Notes: generated by a model not told the origin, from the letters alone. 64,000 nucleotides of DNA from Eledone cirrhosa (GCA_964016885.1 OZ024757.1:15438001-15502000); one strand, 5' to 3'. Counted from the first letter of the stretch, positions 28,760 through 40,449 are shown. Numbers and translations are program-made.

Positions 28760-29650
28760 TGAAAAACATTTACAGAGTGGGCTGGGTGCATTTTATCATG
28801 GCACCAGCAATGCCATCTGACAGGGTGGACTTGGTACATTATATCATGGAACCAGCATTACCACTTTATAGAGTGGAATGGGTGTATTTTATCATGACTC
28901 CAGCAAAGCATCTTCACAGAATGGGCTGGGTGCAATTTATCATGGCAACTGTTATTACCACCTTACAGAGTGAACTATGTACATTTTATCATGGTACCAG
29001 CACCACCATTTTACAGGGAGGACTGTATTAACATTATATTGTGGCACCAGTACAACCACATTATTGAGTGTACTGGGTACATTTTATTGTGACACCAGCA
29101 CTACCACTTTACAGAGTGAACTATGTACATTTTATTGTGACACCAGCACTACCACTTTACAGAGTGAACTATGTACATTTTATTGTGACACCAGCACTAC
29201 CACTTTTCAGAGTGAACTATGTACATTTTATTGTGACACCAGCACTACCACTTTACAGAGTGAACTATGTACATTTTATTGTGACACCAGCACTACCACT
29301 TTACAGAGTGAACTATGTACATTTTATTGTGACACCAGCACTACCACTTTACAGAGTGAACTATGTACATTTTATTGTGACACCAGCACTACCACTTTAC
29401 AGAGTGAACTATGTACATTTTATTGTGACACCAGCACTTCCACTTTACAGAGTGAACTATGTACATTTTATTGTGACACCAGCACTACCATTTTACTGGG
29501 TGGACTGGGTAGATTTTATTGTGGCAGCACCTATACCACTTTACAGGGTGGACTGGGTACATTTTATTGTGGCTCCAGCACTACCATTTTACAGGGTGGC
29601 TTATATAAACATTATATTGTGGTACCAGCTCTACCACTTCACAGTGTGGG
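28760..29650. repeat. 48-bp minisatellite with degenerate flanks
   Basis: Unit GTACATTTTATTGTGACACCAGCACTACCACTTTACAGAGTGAACTAT, about 8 near-perfect copies at 29077-29490. Confidence 0.95.
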
Positions 29651-29913
29651 CTGTATATGTAAAAAAATCATTTAGTATATGCATATAACTATTTCAGATC
29701 TGGAATATTTTAATGTAATTAATATAACTAATATAACAGAAAAAACTAATTCAGCTATCACAAAGAAAGGATGCAGAAGAAAGATCATAGACAAAAATTT
29801 CTACATTTCTCTACAATGAAAACCTTCACTGAAATATGGAAGATTACATGAGCAAAGAAGAGAAAAAAATGGAAAATATATCTCCCAGAAAACATTCGCT
29901 GTTTTAGTCTTAC

Positions 29914-29931
29914 CATTAATTCCAAGAGCCC
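29914..29931 (-). CDS. Cav2: Candidate 18-nt in-frame microexon of the Cav2 I-II linker (GALGIN)
   Basis: attttacattttcag|GGGCTCTTGGAATTAATG|gtaagac; symmetric phase 1/1, open in the frame set by the preceding exon. Confidence 0.55.
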
Positions 29932-29960
29932 CTGAAAATGTAAAATATTATTTGAAAATC

Positions 29961-29999
<39 letters not shown>

Positions 30000-30102
30000 A
30001 GTGTATGTATATATATATAGTAAGAGGTGTGCTAGCAGCTGAAGTGTATGATAATGTTATATCTGCAGGTTCGGTTAGACACTCTGTATTTATGCAGCTA
30101 TA

Positions 30103-30170
<68 letters not shown>

Positions 30171-30298
30171 AAGTTATATTTAAAATTGTTGGGTTACAAC
30201 TAGTAAATATTTATAACTGATATAAAAGCACTCGACAAATATTTGGAGTATATTTACAATATTAAATAAATGGAAAACTATATTTATAAAACCATATT

Positions 30299-30364
30299 TA
30301 TTTCATTATATATATTTCGGGGATATCATATTAACAATATGCTATGCCTTCATCAGACAAAATA
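30299..30364 (-). ncRNA. Type I minimal hammerhead ribozyme (left arm)
   Basis: Mirror copy of 30519-30584 with a CTGATGA core. Confidence 0.6.
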
Positions 30365-30518
30365 CAATATAAACAGTTTTATAGATAAATATATTCAACA
30401 TACCGTAATAAACATCAACTTCATTTGAAGAGGTTTACGCTAGCGTAAACCTCTTCAAATGAAGTTGATGTTTATTACGGTATGTCGAATATATTTATCT
30501 ATAAAACTGTTTATATTG

Positions 30519-30584
30519 TATTTTGTCTGAGGAAGGCATAGCATATTGTTAATATGATATCCCCGAAATATATATAATGAAATA
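30519..30584 (+). ncRNA. Type I minimal hammerhead ribozyme (right arm)
   Basis: tattttgt-CTGAGGA-imperfect stem II (catatt/aatatg)-GAAA-palindromic (AT)4 stem III-TA-atgaaata; stem I has two GU pairs. Confidence 0.6.
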
Positions 30585-30622
30585 AATATGGTTTTATAAA
30601 TATAGTTTTCCATTTATTTAAT

Positions 30623-30665
<43 letters not shown>

Positions 30666-31044
30666 CATTTATCAACCACCACAATGTATAAAAAATTATG
30701 AGATATAATAATATACTAATGTTATCTTTATGATATGATTTGGTCTTCAGGCATCCTAAAAGCCAAATATTTCTTCCTTTATTTTATGTTCTTTTTTGCT
30801 ACGAAAGTACCTGAAATTGACCAGGGTTCTGTGTTACTAAGCTGTTTATTTTAACCCTTTAGCATTTACTTTACTCTATATTTTATATTGTATTTTCACA
30901 GAAAACATTTTACACTTTATTTCACATAATTATCTCATCTAATATCAAATCTACGAGATTTTGATACTTATTTTGAGAACAATATCTTAACATAAGTATG
31001 AACAGCTGGTTATGGCCAGTTTAAACAAAAAGAGGTGAGAGAAT

Positions 31045-31235
31045 TCTTCATCATGTTCCTGCATGTAGTGCAGTCAGTTGTTGGGGTGCTACTCTAGATG
31101 CTTTTGCAGTCAGTCATTGCCAGTTGTCTCTATTTTCCATCATGTGTAGAAGGGTTTCAGTGTTGTGACCAGTCCAGTCTTTGATATTGTTTGTCAAACT
31201 AGAATTTTCTTTGTCTGTCTCTTCTTTACCCTCCC
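31045..31235 (-). mobile_element. Decayed RTE-like LINE 3' fragment
   Basis: Minus strand gives RRDRQRK then, after a frameshift, NNIKDWTG...ENRDNW. Confidence 0.45.
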
Positions 31236-31475
31236 TCGATTGATAATATGTAAAGTGTTTATATATTATCTAAAAACCTTCCATTATAATTTCATGGAAG
31301 AAACTGTGTTATGTCATGTCCTAAACACCAGCATAATAATGAGAAAGTTAGTTATATTTCTAAATTTCTCCAATTTCTTCATTATTTTCAAAATGGTTTA
31401 AACATAGGTGGGGGTCTTCCAATAGAAATATGGTAATAAAAGGGTGAAGTTATGTCCCCAAAACAAGCTAAACAA

Positions 31476-31790
31476 TGAGCAAGTTGTAGTAGCTCGGAGA
31501 TTAGAGAGTCACTCCAGGTAGAGCCACTACTTCTCCAAATTGACACATCACAGCTCCGATACTATGGGCATGTGGTTAGAATGTCTCGGGGAAGAATCGC
31601 TGGACAGACATTATGATGGGCAAAACCCACTGGCAAGAGACCCAGGAGTAGACCCTGAGCAAGATGGTTGGATAACATCCATGAGCTTGGCTGGTAATGC
31701 TTGGGGATCCAGCCGGATTAGTTGGAGATGATTGCTTCTGACAGGACCTGCTAGAGGGAGTGTTTGAGGACTCTGCCCCTATGACTATCT
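31476..31790 (+). mobile_element. Decayed RTE-clade LINE 3' fragment
   Basis: Translates QLRYYGHVVRM...PTGKRPRSRP*ARWLDNI, resembling the RTE C-terminal GH..R / G.R..GRP..RW.D motifs, with stops. Confidence 0.65.
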
Positions 31791-31957
31791 CAGGAATACT
31801 TTTCTAAATAATTTGAAAATTATAGACAGTCTTAATCATTTTCTAATTATTGTGTAGCATTTATCATTAGAAACATGGCTATGTGAATGTTAAATGGATG
31901 AAGAAGTAAAACTCTTTTCTGTAAAAGAGAAGATTTAAGAAATGAATAATTATTTAC

Positions 31958-32035
31958 CCTCCAGTATTCTCAGTTTGTCTTCATCACTGATGGTTCCATC
32001 ATCTTTTTTTCTTTCCTCATCTAAGATTACCTCCT
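31958..32035 (-). CDS. Cav2: Cav2 exon, I-II linker (78 nt)
   Basis: EEVILDEERKKDDGTISDEDKLRILE continues the conserved KAEEVIL; tttcag acceptor, gtaaat donor; phase 1/1. Confidence 0.9.
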
Positions 32036-33419
32036 CTGAAATTGAAAAGAGAAAAATATTTTTAATATTATATTGCAGATACACAGACAGACATAACTAC
32101 TACTACTAAAAATAATTTCGGGGGAGAGGAAAATCGACCCTAGTGCATTACTGGTACTTTATTTTATCGACCCCCATAAGGATGAAAGGCAAATCTAACA
32201 TTGGCAGGATTTGAACTCAGAATATAAAGGACCATAACTCTATACCACGAAGCAGGGTGTTCGATGCTCTACCGTTTCTGCCAATTCACTAATAATAATT
32301 GTTTCTACTTTTGGCACAACCAATACTGCCAATCCGATGTCCATGGCACAAGGCCAACAATTTTGGGGGAGGGTAAAGTCAAATACATTGACCCGTGTGT
32401 TACTGGATTTCTACTTAAGACACAAGCTAACAACATGTGTGGTGGTGGTAATGGTGGTGGTGGAGGTGGGGGCTGAGTTGATTAAATCTACCCCAGTGGT
32501 ACTTAATTTTATCGATCCTGCAAAGATGAATAGCAAAGTTAACCATGGCAAGATTTGAAGCTAGGGTAGTGGAAGACACTTGGCCAATGTACTTCATGGT
32601 GCAATAAGACTAAAACTGATACCATGTAAAGCAGGAGAAAACTTCTTAACCACCATGTTCCTGCCTACTCCCAAACATGTATTATATAACCAATATCATC
32701 ATCATTTAGTGTCCATTTTTGCTGCTAGCAAAGGTGAGATGGGTCATCACTGGCCAAATAAATACTTACACAAATCTATTGACCTCTCAGATAGACTGCA
32801 TCTTCCTTGCATATGTTGTTGCACATTACAGATTACACTTGGCGCAATTTATTGTGACACCAGCACTAGGGAGATTGCTGTGTCTTCAACACAGCTAAAG
32901 AGTCTTCACAACCCTTTGTTTGGAAAGTTTCCTATGGCTAGGTACCCATCCAATCACCAGCCACTTTACAGAGTGTACTGGGTGTGTTTGTCATGTTGAT
33001 CCCCAACACTAGAGCAGTTGTCATGTCATTGACACAGCTGAAAATTCTTCTCAACACTTTGGCAAGATTACTATAGTTCAACACTCTTCCTGTCACCATC
33101 CACTTTACAGAGTGTACTGGGTGCATTTATCATGTAAATCACCAATACCAAAGACATCATGGCATTGACACAGCTAATAATATTCATGTATCTTTATTAT
33201 ATAATTTAAAACCTTCACAGTAACAATCTATGGAAATATTAAAGGTATTTAATTAGGACTACTAAAATTAATCCAATTAATATGACCTAAATAATTGACT
33301 ATTTGTATAAATTAATCAGGTCATTGACCTAGTTAATGTTAAATCTGATTCATTTCAACTATTGATATAACATACAGCACATAATCATTGCCTGATACTT
33401 TTGGAGCAGCAAAAATAAA

Positions 33420-33466
<47 letters not shown>

Positions 33467-34374
33467 GCAGGATATCCATAGATAAAAGGTCAAGGAAAAC
33501 AGTGCTCAATCTATTGCAAAAGAGCTTATTTTGTTTATTTAAGGTTTTGTACATTTAACATGTATGCGATTTCTTTCGTAATTTTGTTCTAGCACCCATT
33601 GAGAAGCCAGTTGAAATGGCTTCTCCACTATATAGTGGTAGCCATAACTAGACCCAAATCCTAAGGTCACACATACATGTTAAGTGTATGAAACTTTAAG
33701 TACACTATATACATATATATATCACTCCAAGTTGCTCAAGCAAGCAGACAGATGTAGCGCCTAGCCAAAAACCTCCAGCCCTCTTGACAGGGTTGGTATC
33801 TCAATAAAGGTTAGTTTAATGCATAAAGTTAATATAAAGGTTGGAGTATGGAGGCATACAGCCTAGTGGTAAGGGTGTTGGAATTATGATCATAATCTCG
33901 TGGGTTCGATTCCTGGACCAGACTGTGAGATATGTTCTTGAGCAAAACACTTCATTTCACATTGCTCCAGCATTCTCAGCTGAAAATGCGTACTAGCAAT
34001 AGCTGGGAGTTTAACCCTGTGATGGACTGGCGTTCTGTCCAGGAGGGGAGTCTTGAACTCTCAGTTGCTTCATACCAAAAACCTGGGATAACCACCGGCC
34101 TCATCAGCCCCCGAGCTCAAAACAAACTTTGGATGTCACTATTGCTATCATATTATCACATTGAAATTTTGAACTTATCTCATGAACTCAACCCTACCCA
34201 CCTGCCACCACCAATGGTCCATGGGCCTTTCGTGATCCATGGACCCAACCCCGTCCCAAATGTCCACAGGTCCCCAAGCATCCATAGACACCATCCCAAG
34301 GATCTGCAAACTTCCACACACCCTAAGATGGGAACTGTTAGTATATAAGTCCAGGTAAAATTCCAATTACCCAC

Positions 34375-34490
34375 CTGCTTTACATATCCACTCTAAATAG
34401 CCATTTAATTCTCGCTCTATTTGTTGCTGCCGACGCAATTTTAAAAAAGCTCTTCGGTTTTCTACTCTCTCTCTCTCTTTTGCGAATTCT
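34375..34490 (-). CDS. Cav2: Cav2 exon, I-II linker with alpha-interaction domain (116 nt)
   Basis: [48 protein letters not shown] is the Cav2-type AID/QxxER motif (Cav1 has QQLEEDLKGY). Confidence 0.97.
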
Positions 34491-35532
34491 CTGAAAAAGA
34501 GAAAAATTGACATAATAAAAACATCATCATCATCGTCATAATCATCACCTTCCCCTTCATCATCATCATCATCATCAATAATCATTTGCTTTCCTGAATT
34601 GGACAGGTTGTCAAATTTTGAGACCGGATGAGTTAGAGAATCTTATTTCATTCAAACATTTCATCTTTTTCATGGTTACTAAGCCCTTCCTAATGCCAAC
34701 CACTTTACAGAGTGTACCTGGTGCTATTTATTTTGGTGTCAGCACGGTCCCTCTACAGTGGTGTCAACCATAAAGTAAATTACTCCAAGATATTGCATGA
34801 GTGTAAAGACACAGAGCATAAATAATAATTTCTACGATAGGCAAAAGGCCAGTAATTTGGTGGATGGGGAAAGTCGATTAAATTGACGCCAGTACATTAC
34901 TGGTACTTTATTTTATCGACCTTGTAAGGATGAAAGGCAAAGCTAACCTTGGTGGGATTTGAACTTACAACGTAAAGGGCCGCAACTCCATGCCTCAAAG
35001 CATAGTGTCCGACGCTCTACCGATACTGCGAATCCACTTCCCTTCCCAGAGCATAAATAATTGTTTTTACTTTAGGCACAAGGCCAGCAATCTTTTACAG
35101 AAGGGAGAACTGGTTAAATCGACCCCAGTGCATTACTGGTGCTTTATTTTATTGGCCTCATAAGGATGAATGTCAAAGCTAACCTCGGCAGGATTTGAAC
35201 TCTGACTGTAAAGAGACATAACTCTATGCCACAAAGCATAGTGTCCAATGCTCTACTGATACTGCCAATCCATCACACTTCAAATACCATAAATAATAAA
35301 ACCAATGATTAAGACAAAATTCACTATATTTTCATATGTCTTACACACATTTTCACATATGAAATAAAGTGTAAAGATTCTCTGCTCATGTAGCCAAGTA
35401 GAACTTTAATCCAAACATCTATAAGAAAGATGTTGCACTGACAAGCTACAGAAATAACAATTTCGCCTGCATAACGCCTGTATTTGATATGAAAATGTTG
35501 TACATTTAAGCAAATTTTGTATATATATGCAT

Positions 35533-35563
<31 letters not shown>

Positions 35564-35759
35564 ACCAAAGATTAGTATGGTTCGTTGTGTATATATATAT
35601 AGTCTGGGAATTATTGCTGTAAAATTTACCATGACCCACGTGTAGTCGTCTCCATTACAAATAATGCACATAAACACACACACACATATATATATATATC
35701 TATATGTATATATATATATATAGAAGGATTTAAATGGATACAGTTCAGTTAAAAGGAGT

Positions 35760-35880
35760 TTATTGACACGTGTTTCAATAACAGTTACATAACCTGAAAA
35801 CAGCTGCTATCTACAAAGTATTAGTTATGCAGACATTCAATATTTCAATGTTATTATTAACTGTCATTTCATCAGAATAA
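35760..35880 (-). ncRNA. Type I hammerhead ribozyme, mirror copy
   Basis: Reverse complement of 36828-36948; predicted cleavage after position 35765. Confidence 0.8.
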
Positions 35881-36827
35881 TTTTATTGAGAACCTGTTTG
35901 GTTTTTATAGAGAATATTAGGAGGGAGGGGTGAAGTTGTTAGAAGAATAGTTAAGGGAGTGGTTTTTTGATAGCAGTGAGAATTTTTGGTGGCAGTGAGT
36001 AATTAGATTCCCATCTGTTGTTTTGACATTTTTATAGAATATATTATTATATATTATTTGGCGTTGGTTATTTTTCTAAATCTATAGAAGGATTAGAGAT
36101 AGTATAGATATGCATGGTTGGTTTTGTGTTTGCACTTAATTAACATTCAGACTTAAATTTTTCTTTCAAGTGTACGTATCCTTTCGCCCACGCATTCACA
36201 CACAAACATATATGCACACCTCTACAAAATACATATACTCACATACACATACTTACATGCTCATACTTACATACATATATACATGCACATATATATATAC
36301 ATATATATACATATATATATGTACATACCTACGCATTCATGTGTATACATTTTCATACTCAACATGAATGCGTATGTATGTACATATATATATGTATATA
36401 TATGTATATATATATATATGTGCATGTATATATGTATGTAAGTATGAGCATGTAAGTATGTGTATGTGAGTATATGTATTTTGTAGAGGTGTGCATATAT
36501 GTTTGTGTGTGAATGCGTGGGCGAAAGGATACGTACACTTGAAAGAAAAATTTAAGTCTGAATGTTAATTAAGTGCAAACACAAAACCAACCATGCATAT
36601 CTATACTATCTCTAATCCTTCTATAGATTTAGAAAAATAACCAACGCCAAATAATATATAATAATATATTCTATAAAAATGTCAAAACAACAGATGGGAA
36701 TCTCATTACTCACTGCCACCAAAAATTCTCACTGCTATCAAAAAACCACTCCCTTAACTATTCTTCTAACAACTTCACCCCTCCCTCCTAATATTCTCTA
36801 TAAAAACCAAACAGGTTCTCAATAAAA

Positions 36828-36948
36828 TTATTCTGATGAAATGACAGTTAATAATAACATTGAAATATTGAATGTCTGCATAACTAATACTTTGTAGATA
36901 GCAGCTGTTTTCAGGTTATGTAACTGTTATTGAAACACGTGTCAATAA
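36828..36948 (+). ncRNA. Type I hammerhead ribozyme with long stem II
   Basis: TTATT-CTGATGA-AATGACAGTTA...TAACTGTTATT-GAAA-CACGTG-TC-AATAA; predicted cleavage after C36943 (GUC). Confidence 0.8.
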
Positions 36949-37150
36949 ACTCCTTTTAACTGAACTGTATCCATTTAAATCCTTCTATTTTCTCTGGATT
37001 ACTTTTGAAACTACAACTGGAACCGTCGAGCAAACTCTACGTGAGCTGTCCATCTACTGTGTGTAATATTCATATTACAACACTACGGAAAATACTGTAT
37101 ATATATATATATATATATATTCAGTGAAAGAGAGAGAGAATTGTACTCAC

Positions 37151-37254
37151 CCACTAAGGACACCAAGAACTAAGTTGAGCATAAAAAATGAACCCAATAT
37201 AATAAGAGGTATGAAATATATCCAGTTGTAAGAGTCTCCAAAAGCATCATTTGT
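37151..37254 (-). CDS. Cav2: Cav2 exon, repeat I S6 (104 nt)
   Basis: [35 protein letters not shown]; tttcag acceptor, gtgagt donor. Confidence 0.97.
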
Positions 37255-37439
37255 CTGAAATAGGAAAAGACATTTAATTAACAAGTCTGGAATTAATTAC
37301 AAGTAATGAATTAATTGAATTGTGTTTAACTATAATGGAAACAGAATTTTATGTGTATGTTGGTCAGAAAAAAGAAGTCAATACAGGCTGGTGAGTGGAC
37401 ATAAGTGATCCTTATAAAAGAAACCTGAGGAAATTATCT

Positions 37440-37666
37440 TTAACCACCCTTTAGAATTTACATTATGTTTACTTTTGTATTTTTGTGGTGAACACTTAAT
37501 CTCACTGAATTATCTCACATAATATTGAATCTATGAGATTTTGTTATTATTTATTTTGAGAACAATACCTTAACATCAATATGAACAGCCAATTATGGCC
37601 GGTTTGAACAGAAAGACGTGAGAGAATTCTGACTGGATACTGTCAGTTTAAATGCCAAAGGATTAA
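37440..37666. mobile_element. piggyBac-type MITE, diverged copy in opposite orientation
   Basis: ttaaccacccttta...tgccaaaggattaa; interior matches the reverse complement of 46249-46455. Confidence 0.65.
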
Positions 37667-37784
37667 ACCAATGATATAGCCAAAATGCTTACACCAGAGT
37701 GCACTCCACTAAAGGCACCAAGAGCTAATTGCTCCAATTCTCTTGAACCACATATATGACTCTCCTTCATCCTGATGCATGATT

Positions 37785-38035
37785 CTTGCTTGCACCAGAT
37801 CTCTTGAGCCAGGGGTATGACTACTATTGTCTTGTACATGACTCTTACTTGCACCAGATCTCTTGAGCCAGGGGTATGACTACTATTGTCTTGTACATGA
37901 CTCTTACTTGCACCAGTTCTCTAGAGCCAGGTATATGACTGTTTGAGCTTCGTACATGACTCTTGCTTGAATCTGTTCTCTTGAACGAGGTTTATGACTA
38001 CTTGTATCTTGTACATGACTCTTACTTGCACCATA
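37785..38035. repeat. ~59-bp tandem repeat, about 4 copies
   Basis: tgcaccagatctcttgagccaggggtatgactactattgtcttgtacatgactcttact repeated. Confidence 0.85.
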
Positions 38036-38653
38036 AATATATAATGCGCCCACACCCTCCCACTGCAAAAAGAAACACCCACCCCACACTGTAAAGTGGA
38101 CGTGTAGGTGCCACAGAAAAAAGCACCCAGCACTCACTGTAAATGAGGTTGGTGTTAGGAAGGGCATCCAGCTGTAGAAATCAAGCCAGAATCAGTTCCC
38201 GTATGAGCAAGACATGGTCAGCTGACCAGCTACTGCCCACAACAGGACAACCCATCTAACCTATGTTAACATTGAAGAACAGACGTAAAATGGTGATGAT
38301 GATGATGTAAGTATGCACATGCACACACACACACACATATATACATATACATATGTACGAATGGGTCATATCGGACATTAATAATAATCAATTCATTTAT
38401 TATTATTAATGTTCAATATAATCCATACGTACATATGTATATGTATATATGTGTGTGTATGTATATATATGTGTATATCTATATATGTGTGTGTGTATAT
38501 ATATATATATTTGTATATATCTATATATGTGTGTGTATGTATATATATGTGTGTATATATATATATGTGTGTGTGTATGTATATATATATGTGTATATCT
38601 ATATATGTGTGTGTATGTATATATATATGTGTGTGTGTATGTATATATATGTG

Positions 38654-38686
<33 letters not shown>

Positions 38687-38765
38687 ATGTATGTATATAT
38701 ATATATATGTGTGTGTGTGTATATATATATATATGTGTATATATGTGTGTGTGTGTGTATGTATA

Positions 38766-38817
<52 letters not shown>

Positions 38818-38890
38818 CATACATACATTTATGTATCAGCTGTGCTAGGGTGAGAAATAAAATTCTAATTTCATTTTAAAATAAATATAT

Positions 38891-39450
38891 ATATTGTTAT
38901 ACTTTGGGAGGGTCATGTTGCCAATAAGAAACACACGCACCAGTTGCTTTCACTTCAATTTATTATATATTTATAAATTTACAAATTCATAAATCTATAA
39001 ATTTCTGGTTGGTTGGTTGGTTCCACAACCAGATAGTTGTTTATATATAGTCATAGTCCTTTCGTCACACACTCTGTGACCTCTTCAGTGACTGGGGATT
39101 CCTTTCTTTGTTTCTGTGCCTCTCCTTTTTTCTGTCCTACGCCATTTTGTTTCTGTGTGTGTGTTGTGTGCTCAGTTTGCGCATACGCCACATCCGGGTG
39201 TCTGTGTGTGTTTATGTTCATTTATCTATTTGTTTATTTATTTATTTATTTACATGTTATTGGTTGGTTGTTTGTTCTATGTGTGTGTGTTTTCATTTTG
39301 TCCTTAATTGTAAGTTGTGATGTTGCTGTTCCACTCAACTGGTGCGTGTGTTTCTTATTGGCAACATGACCCTCCCAAAGTATAACAATATCGGTTTCAA
39401 CACACGATTTCAGATAAAGAATCTTGCTAAACAAATTCAGAAACTAAATA
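38891..39450. mobile_element. Insert with 56-bp inverted repeat, internal hammerhead and one-sided tail
   Basis: 38891-38946 is the exact reverse complement of 39336-39391; the tail runs on to about 39450; short TA-rich flanks. Confidence 0.65.
39049..39093 (-). ncRNA. Minimal type I hammerhead, slightly degenerate
   Basis: AGTCA-CTGAAGA-g-GTCAC(agagtgt)GTGAC-GAAA-GgaC-TA-TGACT. Confidence 0.6.
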
Positions 39451-39486
39451 TATATAAATATGTATATATCAAATTGCTTTACTTAC

Positions 39487-39692
39487 ATAATATAATACCT
39501 GGGTCCATCCTTCCATAGTTACACACTGGAACACCGTCAACATCGCGAAACCCATGTTGTCAAAACTGGTAATTCCATAATTTGGGCCATTCCAATTGTA
39601 TCGACATTTAGCTATATTTGTTCGACACTGATAACTATTCGATGCGTCTCCGCAAGGCCGTATTGTTTCTTCGTCACCATATTCTATGTTGT
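39487..39692 (-). CDS. Cav2: Cav2 exon, repeat I turret and pore loop (206 nt)
   Basis: [15 protein letters not shown]...[34 protein letters not shown]; the selectivity-filter Glu lies in TMEGW; ttgcag acceptor, gtaagt donor. Confidence 0.97.
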
Positions 39693-39794
39693 CTGCAAAT
39701 AGAAAATATAACATATATGAATATATATATCTGTGTGTGTATGTGTGTGTATATTTATATACACATATATATATATCATCATCATCATCATTTC

Positions 39795-40113
39795 ATTTTA
39801 CGTCCGCTTTTTCCCTGCTTGCAAGGGTGGGACGGGAACTGATTCTGGCTTGATTTCTACAGCTGGATGCCCTTCCTAACACCAACCTCATTTACAGTGA
39901 GTGCTGGGTGCTTTTTTGCCGTGGCACCTCCACGACCACTTTACAGTGGAATGATAGGGACCACAGTCCCTATCATCTCATTTCTACAGCTGAGTAAACT
40001 GGAGCAATGTGAAATAAAGTGTCTTGCTCAAGGAAACAACACATTACCTGATCTGAGAACTGAACTCACAACCTTTCGATTGCAAGGCCAATGCTCTAAC
40101 CACTAAGCCATGT
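39795..40113 (-). mobile_element. CORE-like SINE with long tail ending in (ATG)n
   Basis: Near-identical copy at about 61636-61948; the tail segment ctggatgcccttcctaacaccaacc also occurs at about 38100-38310, 40930-41070, 54820-54980 and 63680-63870. Confidence 0.75.
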
Positions 40114-40261
40114 GTATATATATATATATATATATATTAAAATAACAGATAAATATTTGGTCTACGGTTCTTATATATTTGATATATATATATCCTTATC
40201 GACCCCTCTTTGGATTTTAGTCATCAAATTTATTATTATTACTATATATATATATATATAA

Positions 40262-40449
40262 GGGCGGTGGATTGGTAGTATCGGTAAAAGGTCAGACGCC
40301 ATGCTTTCCAGCATAGTTACGTCCCTTTACGATCTGAGTTCAAATCTCGCCGAGGTTGACTTTGCCTTTCATCCTTACGGGGGTCGATAAAATAAAGTAC
40401 CAGTAATGCACTGGGTAATTGCTGGCCTTGTGCCTAAGGTAGAAACAAT

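Larger units (their letters stand above)
30163..30628. mobile_element. Palindromic hammerhead-bearing insert in (TA)n (Penelope-like/retrozyme-like)
   Basis: Spacerless palindrome 30255-30628 centred on GCT|AGC with 2 mismatches seen, plus a ~90-nt unpaired tail at 30163-30254; (TA)n on both sides. Confidence 0.75.
35720..37098. mobile_element. Long inverted-repeat hammerhead-bearing insert in (TA)n (Penelope-like)
   Basis: Arms about 35720-36342 and 36362-36988, nearly identical, 19-nt spacer; ~110-nt unpaired tail to 37098; (TA)n flanks. Confidence 0.8.

Noticed and set aside
31880-31935. Acceptor-like tcttttacag just downstream of the 31958 donor
   Set aside because: It would need a ~39-nt intron and reaches a stop after nine codons.
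35345-35418. Possible extra exon (tttcttatag...gtaagac) between the S6 and AID exons
   Set aside because: 74 nt long, with an in-frame TAA within five codons in the required phase and no channel similarity. A poison exon cannot be excluded without RNA data.
40262-40360. tRNA genes at SINE heads
   Set aside because: A/B boxes are present but no complete cloverleaf, and they run directly into SINE cores.
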